DNA of 64,000 nt from Candidatus Giovannonibacteria bacterium (GTDB lineage: Bacteria; Patescibacteriota; Minisyncoccia; UBA11713; 2-01-FULL-45-33), in NCBI GenBank assembly GCA_016432405.1, contig CP066687.1, forward strand, positions 515,065 to 579,064. Reading direction: 5' to 3'. Under the pieces are notes generated by a model. The model ran no database searches and was not told the DNA's origin. It was given only the letters and a program-made list of their open reading frames with translations. Both the position numbers and the translations under genes were made by a program. The stretch's first letter is position 1, and each line of letters begins with the position of its first letter. Of this stretch, positions 30,601-39,567 are shown piece by piece.

Positions 30601-30979
30601 TCACGCGCTCAACGCCGTTTATCAAAAAAGTCCCGCGGGGTGTCATGAGCGGCATATCCGCCAAAAATACTTCCTGCTCCTTTTTTTCTCCCGTGCGCTT
30701 GTTGGTAAGCCGAATGCGGATTCTCAAAGATGACTCAAAAGACAAGTTGTTGACTCTGGCGTAGTTTTCGTCGTACTTCGGCTCGTCAAAAGAATAATCC
30801 AGAAATTCCAGGGCAAGTTCCTCGCCGGTGTAATCTACAATTGGCGAAAACTCGTCCAGAATCTCGCGAATCCCTGTTTTTAGCAGCCAATTAAAAGATT
30901 TCAGCTGCATTTCAGCTAAATCGGGCAGCGAGGCCAACGGCTCCCGATAGCGGGAGAAGTATTTTTTATTTATTCCCAT
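27680..30979 (-). CDS. rpoB: RNA polymerase beta subunit
   Basis: GDKLAGRHGNKG, GGQRFGEMEVWALE. Confidence 0.99.
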   Translation of the reverse strand: MGINKKYFSRYREPLASLPDLAEMQLKSFNWLLKTGIREILDEFSPIVDYTGEELALEFLDYSFDEPKYDENYARVNNLSFESSLRIRIRLTNKRTGEKKEQEVFLADMPLMTPRGTFLINGVERVIVSQLARSFGAYFTLVNISKGRKLFGAKVIPSRGAWLEFETESDGAIYAKVDRKRKIAATALMRIFGLEKNEDIKDAFSAIDNGEARLPDGQVSFINKTLEKDPTKTADDSYVEIFKRIRQGELATPDNARELIGAMFGPERYDLSAVGRYKLGQRLPSLAGVKVKNPRILNKEDLVAILSEVISLNNNPLSLPDDIDNLGNRRVRSVGEMLQQRLRIGLARMERTIKDRMSTSDLATITPAQLLNARPFAAVISEFFMTNQLSQFMDQTNILSELEHKRRVSALGPGGLTRERSGFEVRDVHPSYYGRLCPIMTPEGPNIGLINYLAGYARVNDFGILETPYRKVINGKVTNEINYLTAFGEARHKIAQAGVAIGSEGNILDEEMEGRANGQPALIAKSEIDYIDVSPQQAFSIATSLVPFLEHDDSTRAMMGSNMQRQAVPCVRPQAPLVATGMEEKAARDSGRLIMSDMDGVVSAVDAKSVTVKSGRKTKTYELVNFVRSNQSTVIHQRPSVKLGDKIKKGDVLADTSLTDRGHLALGQNLLVAFLSWGGANFEDAIILSDRLVKNDTFTSVLIEDYTVDVRDTKLGPEITTHDIPNVGEEKLKDLDEDGIIRVGAEVRAGDILVGKISPKGESDLTPEERLLRAIFGEKARDVKDTSFRLPHGRHGRVVGIKVFSREKGDKLETGVIKEIRVEVAEMRKVSPGDKLAGRHGNKGVISRILPQEDMPYLADGTPVDVILNPLGVASRMNIGQILETHLGWAAEKLGYMAITPTLLGATETEIKSELRRAGLPEDGKVRLFDGRTGKEFDQKVTVGMVYLMKLSHMVEDKLHMRSIGPYSLITQQPLGGKAQGGGQRFGEMEVWALEGYGAAHTLQEMLTIKSDDVLGRAAAYDAIVRGEPFRAPNVPASFHVLVNELKGLALDVELRGVEEAPGDEDESAGKESKGKGRQKERFEEYILEEEEKTWSRKK

Positions 30980-31158
30980 TTTGCTCTTTTATTGGCCCGA
31001 ATAAACGCAAAACAGCCCTCTTTTGGTTCACCCCGCCGGTGAGGCGGGGCAAGACGAGGACTTTTTAGATTCTCTTTAGGTGCGGATTTTTGTATTCAAA
31101 GCGACAGGAGCTATTTTAGCGTTTCTTATAAAATAAGGCAAATTTTGCCTGTGGACAA

Positions 31159-31205
31159 AGCCGACGCCTATTGGGGTCGGCTCTCCGACCGCAGCGTCGG
31201 AGCCA
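31159..31205. repeat. Tandem CCGAC/GTCGG hairpin repeats
   Basis: agccgacgcctattggggtcggct-ctccgaccgcagcgtcggagcc; related to the hairpins inside rnpB. Confidence 0.65.
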
Positions 31206-31298
31206 CCTTAATGCACAAGTTGCATTCTAGCAAACCCTATTATCCGTGTCAAGTCCACCTACCTACAAGTTGTGATTTTGGGATAATGGAGTAGGTGA

Positions 31299-31634
31299 TC
31301 ATTTTTTTGGAGGCAGAAAACCCATCTGTGGTTTTTCTTCGTTTGATCTAAATTGAAGCAAAATGGCATCTAGTTTCATTAAAAGCAAGCCGCGCTCGCA
31401 TTTCTTTTCTCCAAATCCTTCAAAGCCGGACCGCCTAGATATTCCGCTTGTATACTCTAATACTGATTCTGGAACTTTAAAATCACTAAGTGAATAATTA
31501 TTTTCTACTTCCAATTGACTAACCAAAGAATTATAATGGTCAACATACTTTCTGCTGATATGCTTTTCCTGTGGTAGATTTTCTCGCAAAGCGAGAAGTT
31601 GATTATATATCTTCATTAATGTATCGCTAGTCAT
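31299..31634 (-). CDS. Hypothetical AT-rich protein
   Basis: 111-aa ORF ending PQMGF; preceded by a repeated promoter element. Confidence 0.7.
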   Translation of the reverse strand: MTSDTLMKIYNQLLALRENLPQEKHISRKYVDHYNSLVSQLEVENNYSLSDFKVPESVLEYTSGISRRSGFEGFGEKKCERGLLLMKLDAILLQFRSNEEKPQMGFLPPKK

Positions 31635-31661
31635 GCTAAAAGCTAAATTTTTGCTTTTATA

Positions 31662-31702
31662 AATCCCCTAAATCGTAGCAGATTTTGGGGTTTTATTCAA
31701 GC
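31662..31702 (-). promoter_or_regulatory. Promoter within a 41-bp repeat (copy 1; copy 2 at 60031-60071)
   Basis: Minus strand TTGAAT-N17-TACGAT; 38/41 identical to copy 2. Confidence 0.7.
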
Positions 31703-31777
31703 GTGGTTTTGGGTTTTGTTTATCAATAGTTATCCACAGGACTTGCTTTTGAAAACTGCACATGCTAGCATGGCTAT

Positions 31778-31824
31778 ACAGTATCGAGAAAAGGCGTCGA
31801 CCGTTAGGACGATGGCCTTTTTTC
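31778..31824 (+). ncRNA. Putative small structured RNA overlapping the 3' end of the DUF3800 gene
   Basis: TTGCTT-N17-TAGCAT promoter (31743-31771), then hairpin gaaaaggc-gtcgaccgttaggacgatg-gccttttttc. Confidence 0.5.
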
Positions 31825-32616
31825 ATTTGTAACGCTGGGCATAATTGTGTCTATAAATTGCGCATCTTTATCAACAAAAATATTAAAATTTCGATTACGA
31901 AACCCATTGATAAAATTAGTAGTCGTGCCGAGATTATTTTTAAAATGCTCTAAAAACCGGCGCTTATATTTATCGCCGTTAGCAATTTCTTTAGTAGCCA
32001 ATCTAAGATCATAATTTATGGCGCCAACTATTAAATCAGCTGTTTGTAGGAGATCGTTGGATTTAGAATCAAATCTACACACTCCTGCGATAGCAAGTCT
32101 TTCAAATTTTTCATTTAATTTTCTTTTTACATTAACCTCAAACCTAATATCTTTCGGGGTAGTAACGTGGTCGGCGATAACAATGAGAATCTCGTTCTCT
32201 GATACCGCAGACTCAAGCACTCTAAGAGAGATATCTTCATATGCCTGCCAAGGATTAGCCGCAAAAGCCCTACTAAAATATTCACCTTTTTTGTACAAAG
32301 AATAAGAACTAAAACGCAGGCTTTTCGCATCGAACAATGCATCTAACGCAAATTTGGCAAATTCAAAATTTCTATTAGATAATTTATTAAACTTCATTTC
32401 GTCAAAAAAATTTCTTTTCCTGCGTTCGTAAAGCAATTTGCTTTGTAAATAATATGGTTGTGAACATTTAATAAATCCTAAAGTAAAAAATGTGTCTCTT
32501 GGGTTATTTAAACTGCCACTCTCGTCTAGAAAACAAAACTTGCTCCAAATGCTTTTATAATCACCTAAGGTTAGGTCTGATCCTTTTTTATCTGCTTGAA
32601 AAAGTTTCCCGAACAT
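31804..32616 (-). CDS. DUF3800 family protein
   Basis: FLDESG near the N-terminus, EMKFNK, DSKSNDLLQTADLIVGAI. Confidence 0.85.
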   Translation of the reverse strand: MFGKLFQADKKGSDLTLGDYKSIWSKFCFLDESGSLNNPRDTFFTLGFIKCSQPYYLQSKLLYERRKRNFFDEMKFNKLSNRNFEFAKFALDALFDAKSLRFSSYSLYKKGEYFSRAFAANPWQAYEDISLRVLESAVSENEILIVIADHVTTPKDIRFEVNVKRKLNEKFERLAIAGVCRFDSKSNDLLQTADLIVGAINYDLRLATKEIANGDKYKRRFLEHFKNNLGTTTNFINGFRNRNFNIFVDKDAQFIDTIMPSVTNEKRPSS

Positions 32617-32618
32617 AC

Positions 32619-33500
32619 TTAAAAACTAACGTGTTTTAGTGCCCACTTATTCCATGTCACCAATAGAAAACTGGCGATGAAGATGGAAGAATATGTGCCG
32701 AAGAAAACGCCGACTAAAATGGCGAGGGCGAAGAATTTTGTGCTTGCGCCTCCAAGAAAATAAAGCGCCAGCATCACAATCATTACCGTAAGCGAGGTAT
32801 TAATTGAGCGGCCGATGGTTTGGCGCAAGCTTGTCTCAACGATATTTTCAAATTCTTCCCTGGCTCCGGATTTTTTTAAATTTTCTCTAATGCGGTCAAA
32901 GACCACAATCGTATCGTGCACGGAAAATCCTAAAATAGTAAGAAGCGCAGTCACAAAAAGCGTGTCCGCGGTGACGCCGTAAAAGCGCCCCAAAACCGCG
33001 AAAAGGCCGGTGGGGATGGAAACGTCGTGCACCAAAGCAACGAGAGCCGCCAAGCCATATTTCCAAGAAGATATCGGCCGCGACACTTCCCGAAAAGCCC
33101 AGGCGATGTAGAGAGCAATCATAAGCATCACCAAAATAATCGCGTAAAGCGAATTTCGTTTTAACTCCTGCCCGATTGTCGGCCCAATAGAAGTAAATTG
33201 TTTTTCTTCCAGTTCGCCTAGTTTTCGGAGTTCCGTCAGTATCGCCTGGTGCTCCTGCTCGCTGATTGCCGGCATGCGCAAAATTAACCCCCTCTCGCCC
33301 ACAGGCTGAATTATAACTTCCGGTAAATTTATAGCCGGCCTTGATCCGCCGGCTGGCAGATTATATTCCACCTCCATTAAAGTCCCGCCGGTGAAATCTA
33401 TTCCCAGTTTCAGCCCCCAGACCCAAACCGCCAAAAAACTCGCCAGCACCAATATCCCGGAAAACGCGTAGCTTATTTTTCTCGCGTCAATAATGCGCAT
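32619..33500 (-). CDS. secF: Protein translocase subunit SecF
   Basis: LGIDFTGG, IGPTIGQEL, GFSVHDTIVVFDRIREN, GTYSSIFIA. Confidence 0.97.
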   Translation of the reverse strand: MRIIDARKISYAFSGILVLASFLAVWVWGLKLGIDFTGGTLMEVEYNLPAGGSRPAINLPEVIIQPVGERGLILRMPAISEQEHQAILTELRKLGELEEKQFTSIGPTIGQELKRNSLYAIILVMLMIALYIAWAFREVSRPISSWKYGLAALVALVHDVSIPTGLFAVLGRFYGVTADTLFVTALLTILGFSVHDTIVVFDRIRENLKKSGAREEFENIVETSLRQTIGRSINTSLTVMIVMLALYFLGGASTKFFALAILVGVFFGTYSSIFIASFLLVTWNKWALKHVSF

Positions 33501-33502
33501 GT

Positions 33503-34159
33503 CTAAATCTCCCCCGCGCGATAAGAAGTAAGAATCCCCCGCAGATAATTGTCGCCTGGATTTTTGTTGATGCCTTCAAGCAAAACCGGCTCGGCTAAAT
33601 TTTTCTTTTCTTTATAAGAGAGCGTGTAAAGGTCAAAAAGATTTTTGTATCCGGCGACGTAATCCGGTTTTACATCCACGGCTTTCCGCAGATATTTTTC
33701 CGCTTTGGGAAAATCATGCAAATAATAATGATAAAGGTCGCCGAGGTTGGAAAAAGCGATATAATCATTCGGGCGGATTAGCGTTGCGTATTGCCAGGCC
33801 AAAGACGCGCCCTCGTAATCGCCCAAGAACTTGCGCAAAATCCCAATCTGCAGCCATCCTTGAAGATAATTCGGCTCGCGCTCCAGCTGTAAGGACATCT
33901 CTTTTAATTCTTTTGCTACCGCTTCGTTCCCAGAAGGAATTTTTCTCTCCAAAGCTTGCTTGGCTAATGTTTCAAGCTCATTCGGCTCGAAACCGCCTGA
34001 CGGGAAGAAACCTGGTTTTTGGGAAGTCTCAAAACCAGGTTTCGAGGAGTCAGGCGGTGTTTCCCCTGGCGACCTAATATCCCCCCAAATAAAAAAACTT
34101 GCCGATCCGAGAGCGGCTGCCGCGATTACCGCGACTGCGATGATATTTCTTGTGGACAT
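33503..34159 (-). CDS. Membrane-anchored TPR protein
   Basis: N-terminal TM; TPR pattern AFSNLGDLY...KAEKYLRKA. Confidence 0.85.
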   Translation of the reverse strand: MSTRNIIAVAVIAAAALGSASFFIWGDIRSPGETPPDSSKPGFETSQKPGFFPSGGFEPNELETLAKQALERKIPSGNEAVAKELKEMSLQLEREPNYLQGWLQIGILRKFLGDYEGASLAWQYATLIRPNDYIAFSNLGDLYHYYLHDFPKAEKYLRKAVDVKPDYVAGYKNLFDLYTLSYKEKKNLAEPVLLEGINKNPGDNYLRGILTSYRAGEI

Positions 34160-34176
34160 AGAAATATAATATCCAA

Positions 34177-34207
34177 TTCAAAAACCCCCGTAAAGGGGGT
34201 TTTTGAA
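34177..34207 (-). terminator. Terminator hairpin downstream of the surface-protein gene
   Basis: ttcaaaaaccccc-gtaaa-ggggtttttgaa. Confidence 0.8.
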
Positions 34208-34229
34208 ACTTAGTTCACAAGCCTAAGAT

Positions 34230-37200
34230 TTAATTGGACCGTAAGTTCACCTGCGTAGCGCCAGTTGCCGGCAACCCGGTAACCTGGTAACCATTGGTGT
34301 AATCCTGGTCAAACCTGGTGTTGTTGGTTGTCGTTGAGATCGGAGACCAGATGAAGTCGTCGTTGGCGTCGCCCGCCGTTCCGTCATAGCTGTCAATCCT
34401 TGCCGCGTTAGCCATAGCAACGTTCGCCGCAGGGACGTTAGTCACGGTCGGGTAGGCCGCGTCGCCCATCAGCTGAACCGAGACGTCATCGTTGTTTGTC
34501 GTTCCAGACTCAACAAGCGAAACGGTAGCAAGCAATTCAAAGTACCTGGTCACGCCGCTGGAGATAATGTAGGTGGTCGTAGCGGTGTTACAGCCTCCGG
34601 CGGTCAAACCCTTGTCAGGATATATTCTGACATCTCGCGGTCCTTGTGTCGTGGTTACCAAGCCGCTGAAACATTGGCCGCCATTGATAAGGCCGGTTGA
34701 AGTGAAGTTGGTGTCGGTGTTGCTGAATCCGGAGTCAACGTAAGCGTACAAACTATAGAGCGAGGTTGTAGCGCCCAAAGAGGACGATCCCATGCGGAAA
34801 GTCATTTTGTAGAGCGCGATGTCGCCGTTATTAGCCGTTACCGCGAAGCGGTATAGCTTCTGGTTAGCAGTTGTTCCGCCCTGGAGAATCGTGTTCGGCA
34901 ATGCCTGATAAGCCACTGTCGGGTAGGCCTTCATAATTCTCACTCCCTGCGAAGACCCGGCTGAAGAGCCGTTGACTCCGGACGGACCGTTAACCGTGCT
35001 GCCCGAAGCGACTCCCGTGCCGTAGTTGCCGTTGAGCCCGACGTTTGCTCCGTCGTAGTCAACAATGAGCAAGTCGCCCGAAGCGGTCAGAGGACCGGAT
35101 ACGCTGACTGCGGCAATGTCTCCTTTGACAGTGAGTGTTCTGGCTCCGTCTTTCGGAATTCTGAAGGAACCGGTAGCGATCGCGCTGGAGGTGGCATTGT
35201 CAATCGTCGGGAAGACAGCAGTCCCTACTTGGAGATTGCCATCCCACAAGGTTACCTGCCTACCTACCAAATCAATCGGCGTGTTGGTTGCGGCGCTGGA
35301 GAGCATAAGGGCAACCTGCTTAAGGTCAATGTCTTCGTTTGAAGCGCTGAACTTAATTTTGACAAGCTCAACTCCCGTCTGCCCGGCGCCTACAATTTTG
35401 TAAGCCGGGCTGTTGGGGTCAAGCACAACCGCCAGAGTCCCGCCTGAAGAAGCGGCCATTTCCTGCCCAATTGAGGTGGTTACAGTTTGCGCGATGGTTT
35501 GTCCGGAGGTAAGTCCTGAAACGCCAGTCCAGTCGTTGGAGTGAGCGCCGTCGTCGCCGTCAGCTCCGCCGATGCCCCAAGCGTACTTGCCCGTGGCTCC
35601 GCCGATTAAGTCGCACTTCAGCCCCAGGGTCTTGGAAGTCCCTTTTGACACGGTGAGTCCCGTGCCGCTGAAGGTGAAACTGGTTGAAGAACCGGCGGCT
35701 GTCGGGTTCACACTGCTGGTGACAACCGTTGAGCCGTCATAAAGCTTACAGTTGGTAACGTCTGTCGCCGCCCCGCCGGCGCGGAAAGCGTAAAGAATCG
35801 GAATGTTGGTCAGCCGCAAATCCTCGCCCGAGCCGGTTCCGTCCAGGATGTAGTTGGCAAAGAGGAATTGGCTGGCTCCGGCAATAATCGTCTGCGCGAT
35901 CGGCACGGAGGAAACGCTAACCGTCAGCGCTCCGGTTTTCACCGTCATTGTGTTGCCGCTGATAGCCGAAGTCGGAGAAGGCGTTACGCTGTTCCCCGTC
36001 ACCAATCCTTTCACGGTCGCCCAGTCGTTGGACGGAGTCGTGGAGGCCTGAATGGTCGCGTTGTTGGCAACGTCGGTGCCGACTTTGCCTTTAAGGGTCA
36101 GGGTGTGCGTGCCGGGCTGGAAGGTAACGGTGTCGGTAAAGACAACGGAACCCGTGCCGGCGCTGGAAGTGTTGGCGCTGTCGGCGGCGGTGCCGTCAAC
36201 AGGGCCGGCCAAAACTGCGCCGTTTTGGTCAACCAAACTGACATTGGTCAGGTCGTTAACGTCCGCGTCGGAGCCGCCTGAAGTTATAGTGAAGTTGAAC
36301 CCGATTCTGCCGACGGAGATCGCCTCTCCCTTAACCTCAACCGTGAACCCGCCGAAGGGCTGGTTTGCCAGGTTGACGGCTATGTTTTGGGCGGAAACCG
36401 TAGTCGCGGTAGACACAGTAATGGTACCGGTTGTAACGGTAACCTGCGCGGCGTCATACCACGGGTCTTCGGTTGAACTGAACGCGGCGGTGTCATCCGT
36501 AGGATCGGTGGCTCCGGTCTGCGGAGGAGTTATGCCGTATCCGTAGTTTTCTCCGATGAGGCCTATGTCGGTCCTCTTGGCGACGTCAAAGTCAACAGTC
36601 CTTCCGGAACCGCCAACGATATCGCCCTTAATCGTCATTTCCTTGGAAAATCCTTTGTCAACAAGGATTCCCTTGCCTCCGTTGTCGGTAAATGTGGTCG
36701 TGTAATACTTGCCGTCGGACGAAACAACGTTTTCGTAAGCCGTTCCGTCAACGTAGGTCTTTACATTGGCCAAATCGCCCGCGCCAATGGAGCCGGTCTG
36801 GTTCCACCTGATGAATTTAAGATAGATTTTTTCAGCCGAGCCCGCGGTTACTTTAATCGAAGAAAAGACATATGCTGTCTCGCCGACTTTCTTGCTCTGG
36901 GAAGAGCCGGGGTCCAGAGAACCGCGTTGCAAGGTAACCGAACCGATGGTGAGCGAGGTGTTGACCGTGTGCCCGGTGCCCGAAAGAGGCAGCGCGCCGT
37001 CAACAGTCGCGGCCGAAGAGTTAACTTGCTTAAGAGTCAGGTAAGCAACCTGTCCGGAGTTAGAGTTGTCGGAGGTCTGCGCGTTACCGGCAATCGTCAT
37101 AGTCCGGGTTGCGCCCGCTTTTACGACGAATGGTTCGCTCAAAGTCGTCTGGTGCGAAGAGTTCAGGGTTTTTGCAATTCCAAGCTGACTGCCCGCTTCG

Positions 37201-37910
37201 TCCAAAAGGACTATTCCGGCGAAAGCGTTGTCGTTTGCCAATCCTGTTCTCTCAACCACCAAAGAGTTAACTGTAATGTCCTGTCCCGCTGGAGCCGTGA
37301 ACTTAACCACGGTGAATGGGACGCGCGTGGCGTTTATCGGGAATAAGCTTGAGTTTGGATGTGCGCCCGCCTCAACCTTGATTGTTCCCGAAGCCGCCGG
37401 CGTGGATGGTGTGGACGGAGTTGAAGGAGTGCTGGGAGCAGCAGCTCCGCCGGCCAGCGAGTTGTACTTGGCTCTTGAAAGAGCTCCGAAGTAACCTGCC
37501 GCCGGAGAAACTCCGTTAGCCGCCTGCCATGCAGAAACGGCCGATTGGGTTACAGACCCAAGATATCCTGTAGCGCCGCCAGCAAAAGTGAAGTGACCGG
37601 TTGAGGTCAAGTAGTTTTGCAAGCAGGTTACATCATCTCCTCGCGCTCCCATTGTAAGATCGCGAGTGAAGCCGCAAGCTCCTGCTGACGGCGCAGCCGG
37701 CGTGCTCGGCAGGCCGCGAAGCGATGAGTTAACATTCGCTCTCGTAGTAGCGTCAACGCCGAAGCTGTCCAAAAGCGACAGGATGGAGCTGATTTGAGCT
37801 TCAGTAAGAGCGGCGCTGGCTACCGCCGGCACGAGCATGGCTCCGCCGGAGAGCAAGCCAATTGTGGCCGCACTCACTAAAATTGAAGTCAATTTTGCTT
37901 TGTATTTCAT
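34230..37910 (-). CDS. Large secreted S-layer-like surface protein with an N-terminal peptidoglycan-binding domain
   Basis: Signal peptide, FTRDLTMGARGDDVTCLQNYL...GYFGALSR, then T/S/G-rich beta repeats. Confidence 0.85.
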   Translation of the reverse strand: MKYKAKLTSILVSAATIGLLSGGAMLVPAVASAALTEAQISSILSLLDSFGVDATTRANVNSSLRGLPSTPAAPSAGACGFTRDLTMGARGDDVTCLQNYLTSTGHFTFAGGATGYLGSVTQSAVSAWQAANGVSPAAGYFGALSRAKYNSLAGGAAAPSTPSTPSTPSTPAASGTIKVEAGAHPNSSLFPINATRVPFTVVKFTAPAGQDITVNSLVVERTGLANDNAFAGIVLLDEAGSQLGIAKTLNSSHQTTLSEPFVVKAGATRTMTIAGNAQTSDNSNSGQVAYLTLKQVNSSAATVDGALPLSGTGHTVNTSLTIGSVTLQRGSLDPGSSQSKKVGETAYVFSSIKVTAGSAEKIYLKFIRWNQTGSIGAGDLANVKTYVDGTAYENVVSSDGKYYTTTFTDNGGKGILVDKGFSKEMTIKGDIVGGSGRTVDFDVAKRTDIGLIGENYGYGITPPQTGATDPTDDTAAFSSTEDPWYDAAQVTVTTGTITVSTATTVSAQNIAVNLANQPFGGFTVEVKGEAISVGRIGFNFTITSGGSDADVNDLTNVSLVDQNGAVLAGPVDGTAADSANTSSAGTGSVVFTDTVTFQPGTHTLTLKGKVGTDVANNATIQASTTPSNDWATVKGLVTGNSVTPSPTSAISGNTMTVKTGALTVSVSSVPIAQTIIAGASQFLFANYILDGTGSGEDLRLTNIPILYAFRAGGAATDVTNCKLYDGSTVVTSSVNPTAAGSSTSFTFSGTGLTVSKGTSKTLGLKCDLIGGATGKYAWGIGGADGDDGAHSNDWTGVSGLTSGQTIAQTVTTSIGQEMAASSGGTLAVVLDPNSPAYKIVGAGQTGVELVKIKFSASNEDIDLKQVALMLSSAATNTPIDLVGRQVTLWDGNLQVGTAVFPTIDNATSSAIATGSFRIPKDGARTLTVKGDIAAVSVSGPLTASGDLLIVDYDGANVGLNGNYGTGVASGSTVNGPSGVNGSSAGSSQGVRIMKAYPTVAYQALPNTILQGGTTANQKLYRFAVTANNGDIALYKMTFRMGSSSLGATTSLYSLYAYVDSGFSNTDTNFTSTGLINGGQCFSGLVTTTQGPRDVRIYPDKGLTAGGCNTATTTYIISSGVTRYFELLATVSLVESGTTNNDDVSVQLMGDAAYPTVTNVPAANVAMANAARIDSYDGTAGDANDDFIWSPISTTTNNTRFDQDYTNGYQVTGLPATGATQVNLRSN

Positions 37911-38297
37911 AACTAATATTCTTTTAATAATTTCGCCGGCAGGAATATTTTCGACAAAATATCCGCTTGCCGGGTTTTCCGCTGATAATCAATTTATCGA
38001 CCTTGTTAACTATTCTGAAATTTACAAACTAAACTTTTTATAATTCCGAAACCCATATTCATTTTTCAAGGTTCTCTTTTCCAGAAGTAAGTCGTTTAGC
38101 TTCTGGCACCCTGCCGCCAAATCTTAACGTGGTAGCAAGATGCCATAAGCCAAGAAACTCTCCGCCACGGAGCGGGTTTTTTAGCCCTATTTTAACCTAA
38201 TCCCTTATTGCGGTTTTATTCGTATTCATCCCGCGTAATTTAAGTATAACATAGCCGATAATCACCGATGCAAGCGCCCGTTGTGGATAACCCTTTT

Positions 38298-38840
38298 TCA
38301 GATAAAATACCTCCTCCAGCGCTTCTCTCCATCTTGCTTTATTGCCCCGGAAGCCACAAGCGAAGAAAGCTCCCTCTGCACTGTTTTCTCGCTGATTTGG
38401 CCTCCCAGCATTTTAGCCAGTTCGCCTGCGCTTCTGCGCCCATTTTCTCTAAGCTTGGCCAAAAGCAACTCATGTCTGTCCGATACGCGGCTTATTGGCT
38501 TACCTATCTGCTTAGAATCAATGCCAGCGATGCTGTCCAATAGATTCCTATAGCTGTCCGATAGAAACACGGCTTCGCGCATGAGTTCTGAATACGCCTT
38601 GGTCAGAACCTCAAAATTTGCTTTTGAGATAAACGTGCCCGAGGAAGCAAGCTCCAGCTTCAAAAGCATGCTCTTGGCCATCCTTTCCATTCTGGCAATA
38701 TCCCCCGCGTCTGCACCCATAATCTCCAGCGCGTTTTCGCGCAAAGCCCATTTTAATGGCTCGGCGTCGGAAAAAAGGTCGGTAGTCCGGTATAACGCTT
38801 CGGTTATTTTAAGCGCCTTTTCTTTAAGATTTTCCGACAT
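38298..38840 (-). CDS. Protein with a C-terminal DeoR-type HTH
   Basis: ISEKTVQRELSSLVASGAIKQDGEKRWRRY. Confidence 0.8.
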   Translation of the reverse strand: MSENLKEKALKITEALYRTTDLFSDAEPLKWALRENALEIMGADAGDIARMERMAKSMLLKLELASSGTFISKANFEVLTKAYSELMREAVFLSDSYRNLLDSIAGIDSKQIGKPISRVSDRHELLLAKLRENGRRSAGELAKMLGGQISEKTVQRELSSLVASGAIKQDGEKRWRRYFI

Positions 38841-38936
38841 ACCAATAGTTTATCCGCGCGCGATTTCCCGTCAACTTCACAAATACGGAAAAAATGGTGC
38901 AATAAAAAAGGGCTGAAAGCCCCATTGCTTGATGTC

Positions 38937-39080
38937 TTACGGTCTGACACTGAAACTAGTGGTTAAAAGGTGTCTGATTATTAAGCCGCTGATGGCAAAC
39001 ATCGCGACGATAAACGCAATCAGCCAGCCGCTCATTTTTTCTTGGGCTTTTCCGCCCCCATTCTTTGTTAGTTCAGTCAT
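38937..39080 (-). CDS. Small single-TM protein (47 aa)
   Basis: GGAGGTG RBS; MTELTKNGGGKAQEKMSGWLIAFIVAMFAISGLII...; hairpin downstream. Below the ORF-track cutoff. Confidence 0.65.
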   Translation of the reverse strand: MTELTKNGGGKAQEKMSGWLIAFIVAMFAISGLIIRHLLTTSFSVRP

Positions 39081-39161
39081 AGTTCACCTCCATCCTCCAA
39101 TCTAATATAGAAGGCGGGTTTTATCAAATCCGAAATTCTGCTAATATGGCTTCATTATTAT

Positions 39162-39235
39162 TGCGGGGTCGGCTAATGGTAGGCCATGCGGCTCTGAACC
39201 GCAGAATCTAGGTTCGAATCCTAGCCCCGCAGCCA
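39162..39235 (+). tRNA. tRNA-Gln(CTG)
   Basis: Anticodon arm tgcgg-ctCTGaa-ccgca, GTTCGAATC, encoded CCA. Confidence 0.96.
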
Positions 39236-39332
39236 ATTAAATACGATAAAAACAACAACAAACTTTTGACATTATTTTACCAAATCTGATACACAAAACA
39301 AAATCCGGAGTATCCCGGATTTTGTTTGTTGA

Positions 39333-39485
39333 CTACTTTTGTTTCTCTGAACCTGGAGGTGCTTGCGGTTGAGGGGTTTCGGGGGTTTTTTCTTCAGATG
39401 TTTCTTCGCTCATCGGAACGTTACAGGTCGGACAATTTCCCGCCTGTTCCGACTCGTGGCCACACTTTGGACATTTGTATTTCAT
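39333..39485 (-). CDS. Small zinc-ribbon/heavy-metal-binding protein (50 aa)
   Basis: MKYKCPKCGHESEQAGNCPTCNVPM; hairpin terminator at about 39292-39329. Confidence 0.75.
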   Translation of the reverse strand: MKYKCPKCGHESEQAGNCPTCNVPMSEETSEEKTPETPQPQAPPGSEKQK

Positions 39486-39567
39486 AATCTTATTTCAAAC
39501 TAATTATGTCTTTTTTGTGCCGCAACTTACGACTATCGCCACGACCTTTTTATGATAGCAGTTTATT

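Noticed and set aside
31214-31275. NrdR boxes (cacaagttgc, acctacaagttgtg)
   Set aside because: Weak match to consensus and no ribonucleotide reductase gene adjacent.
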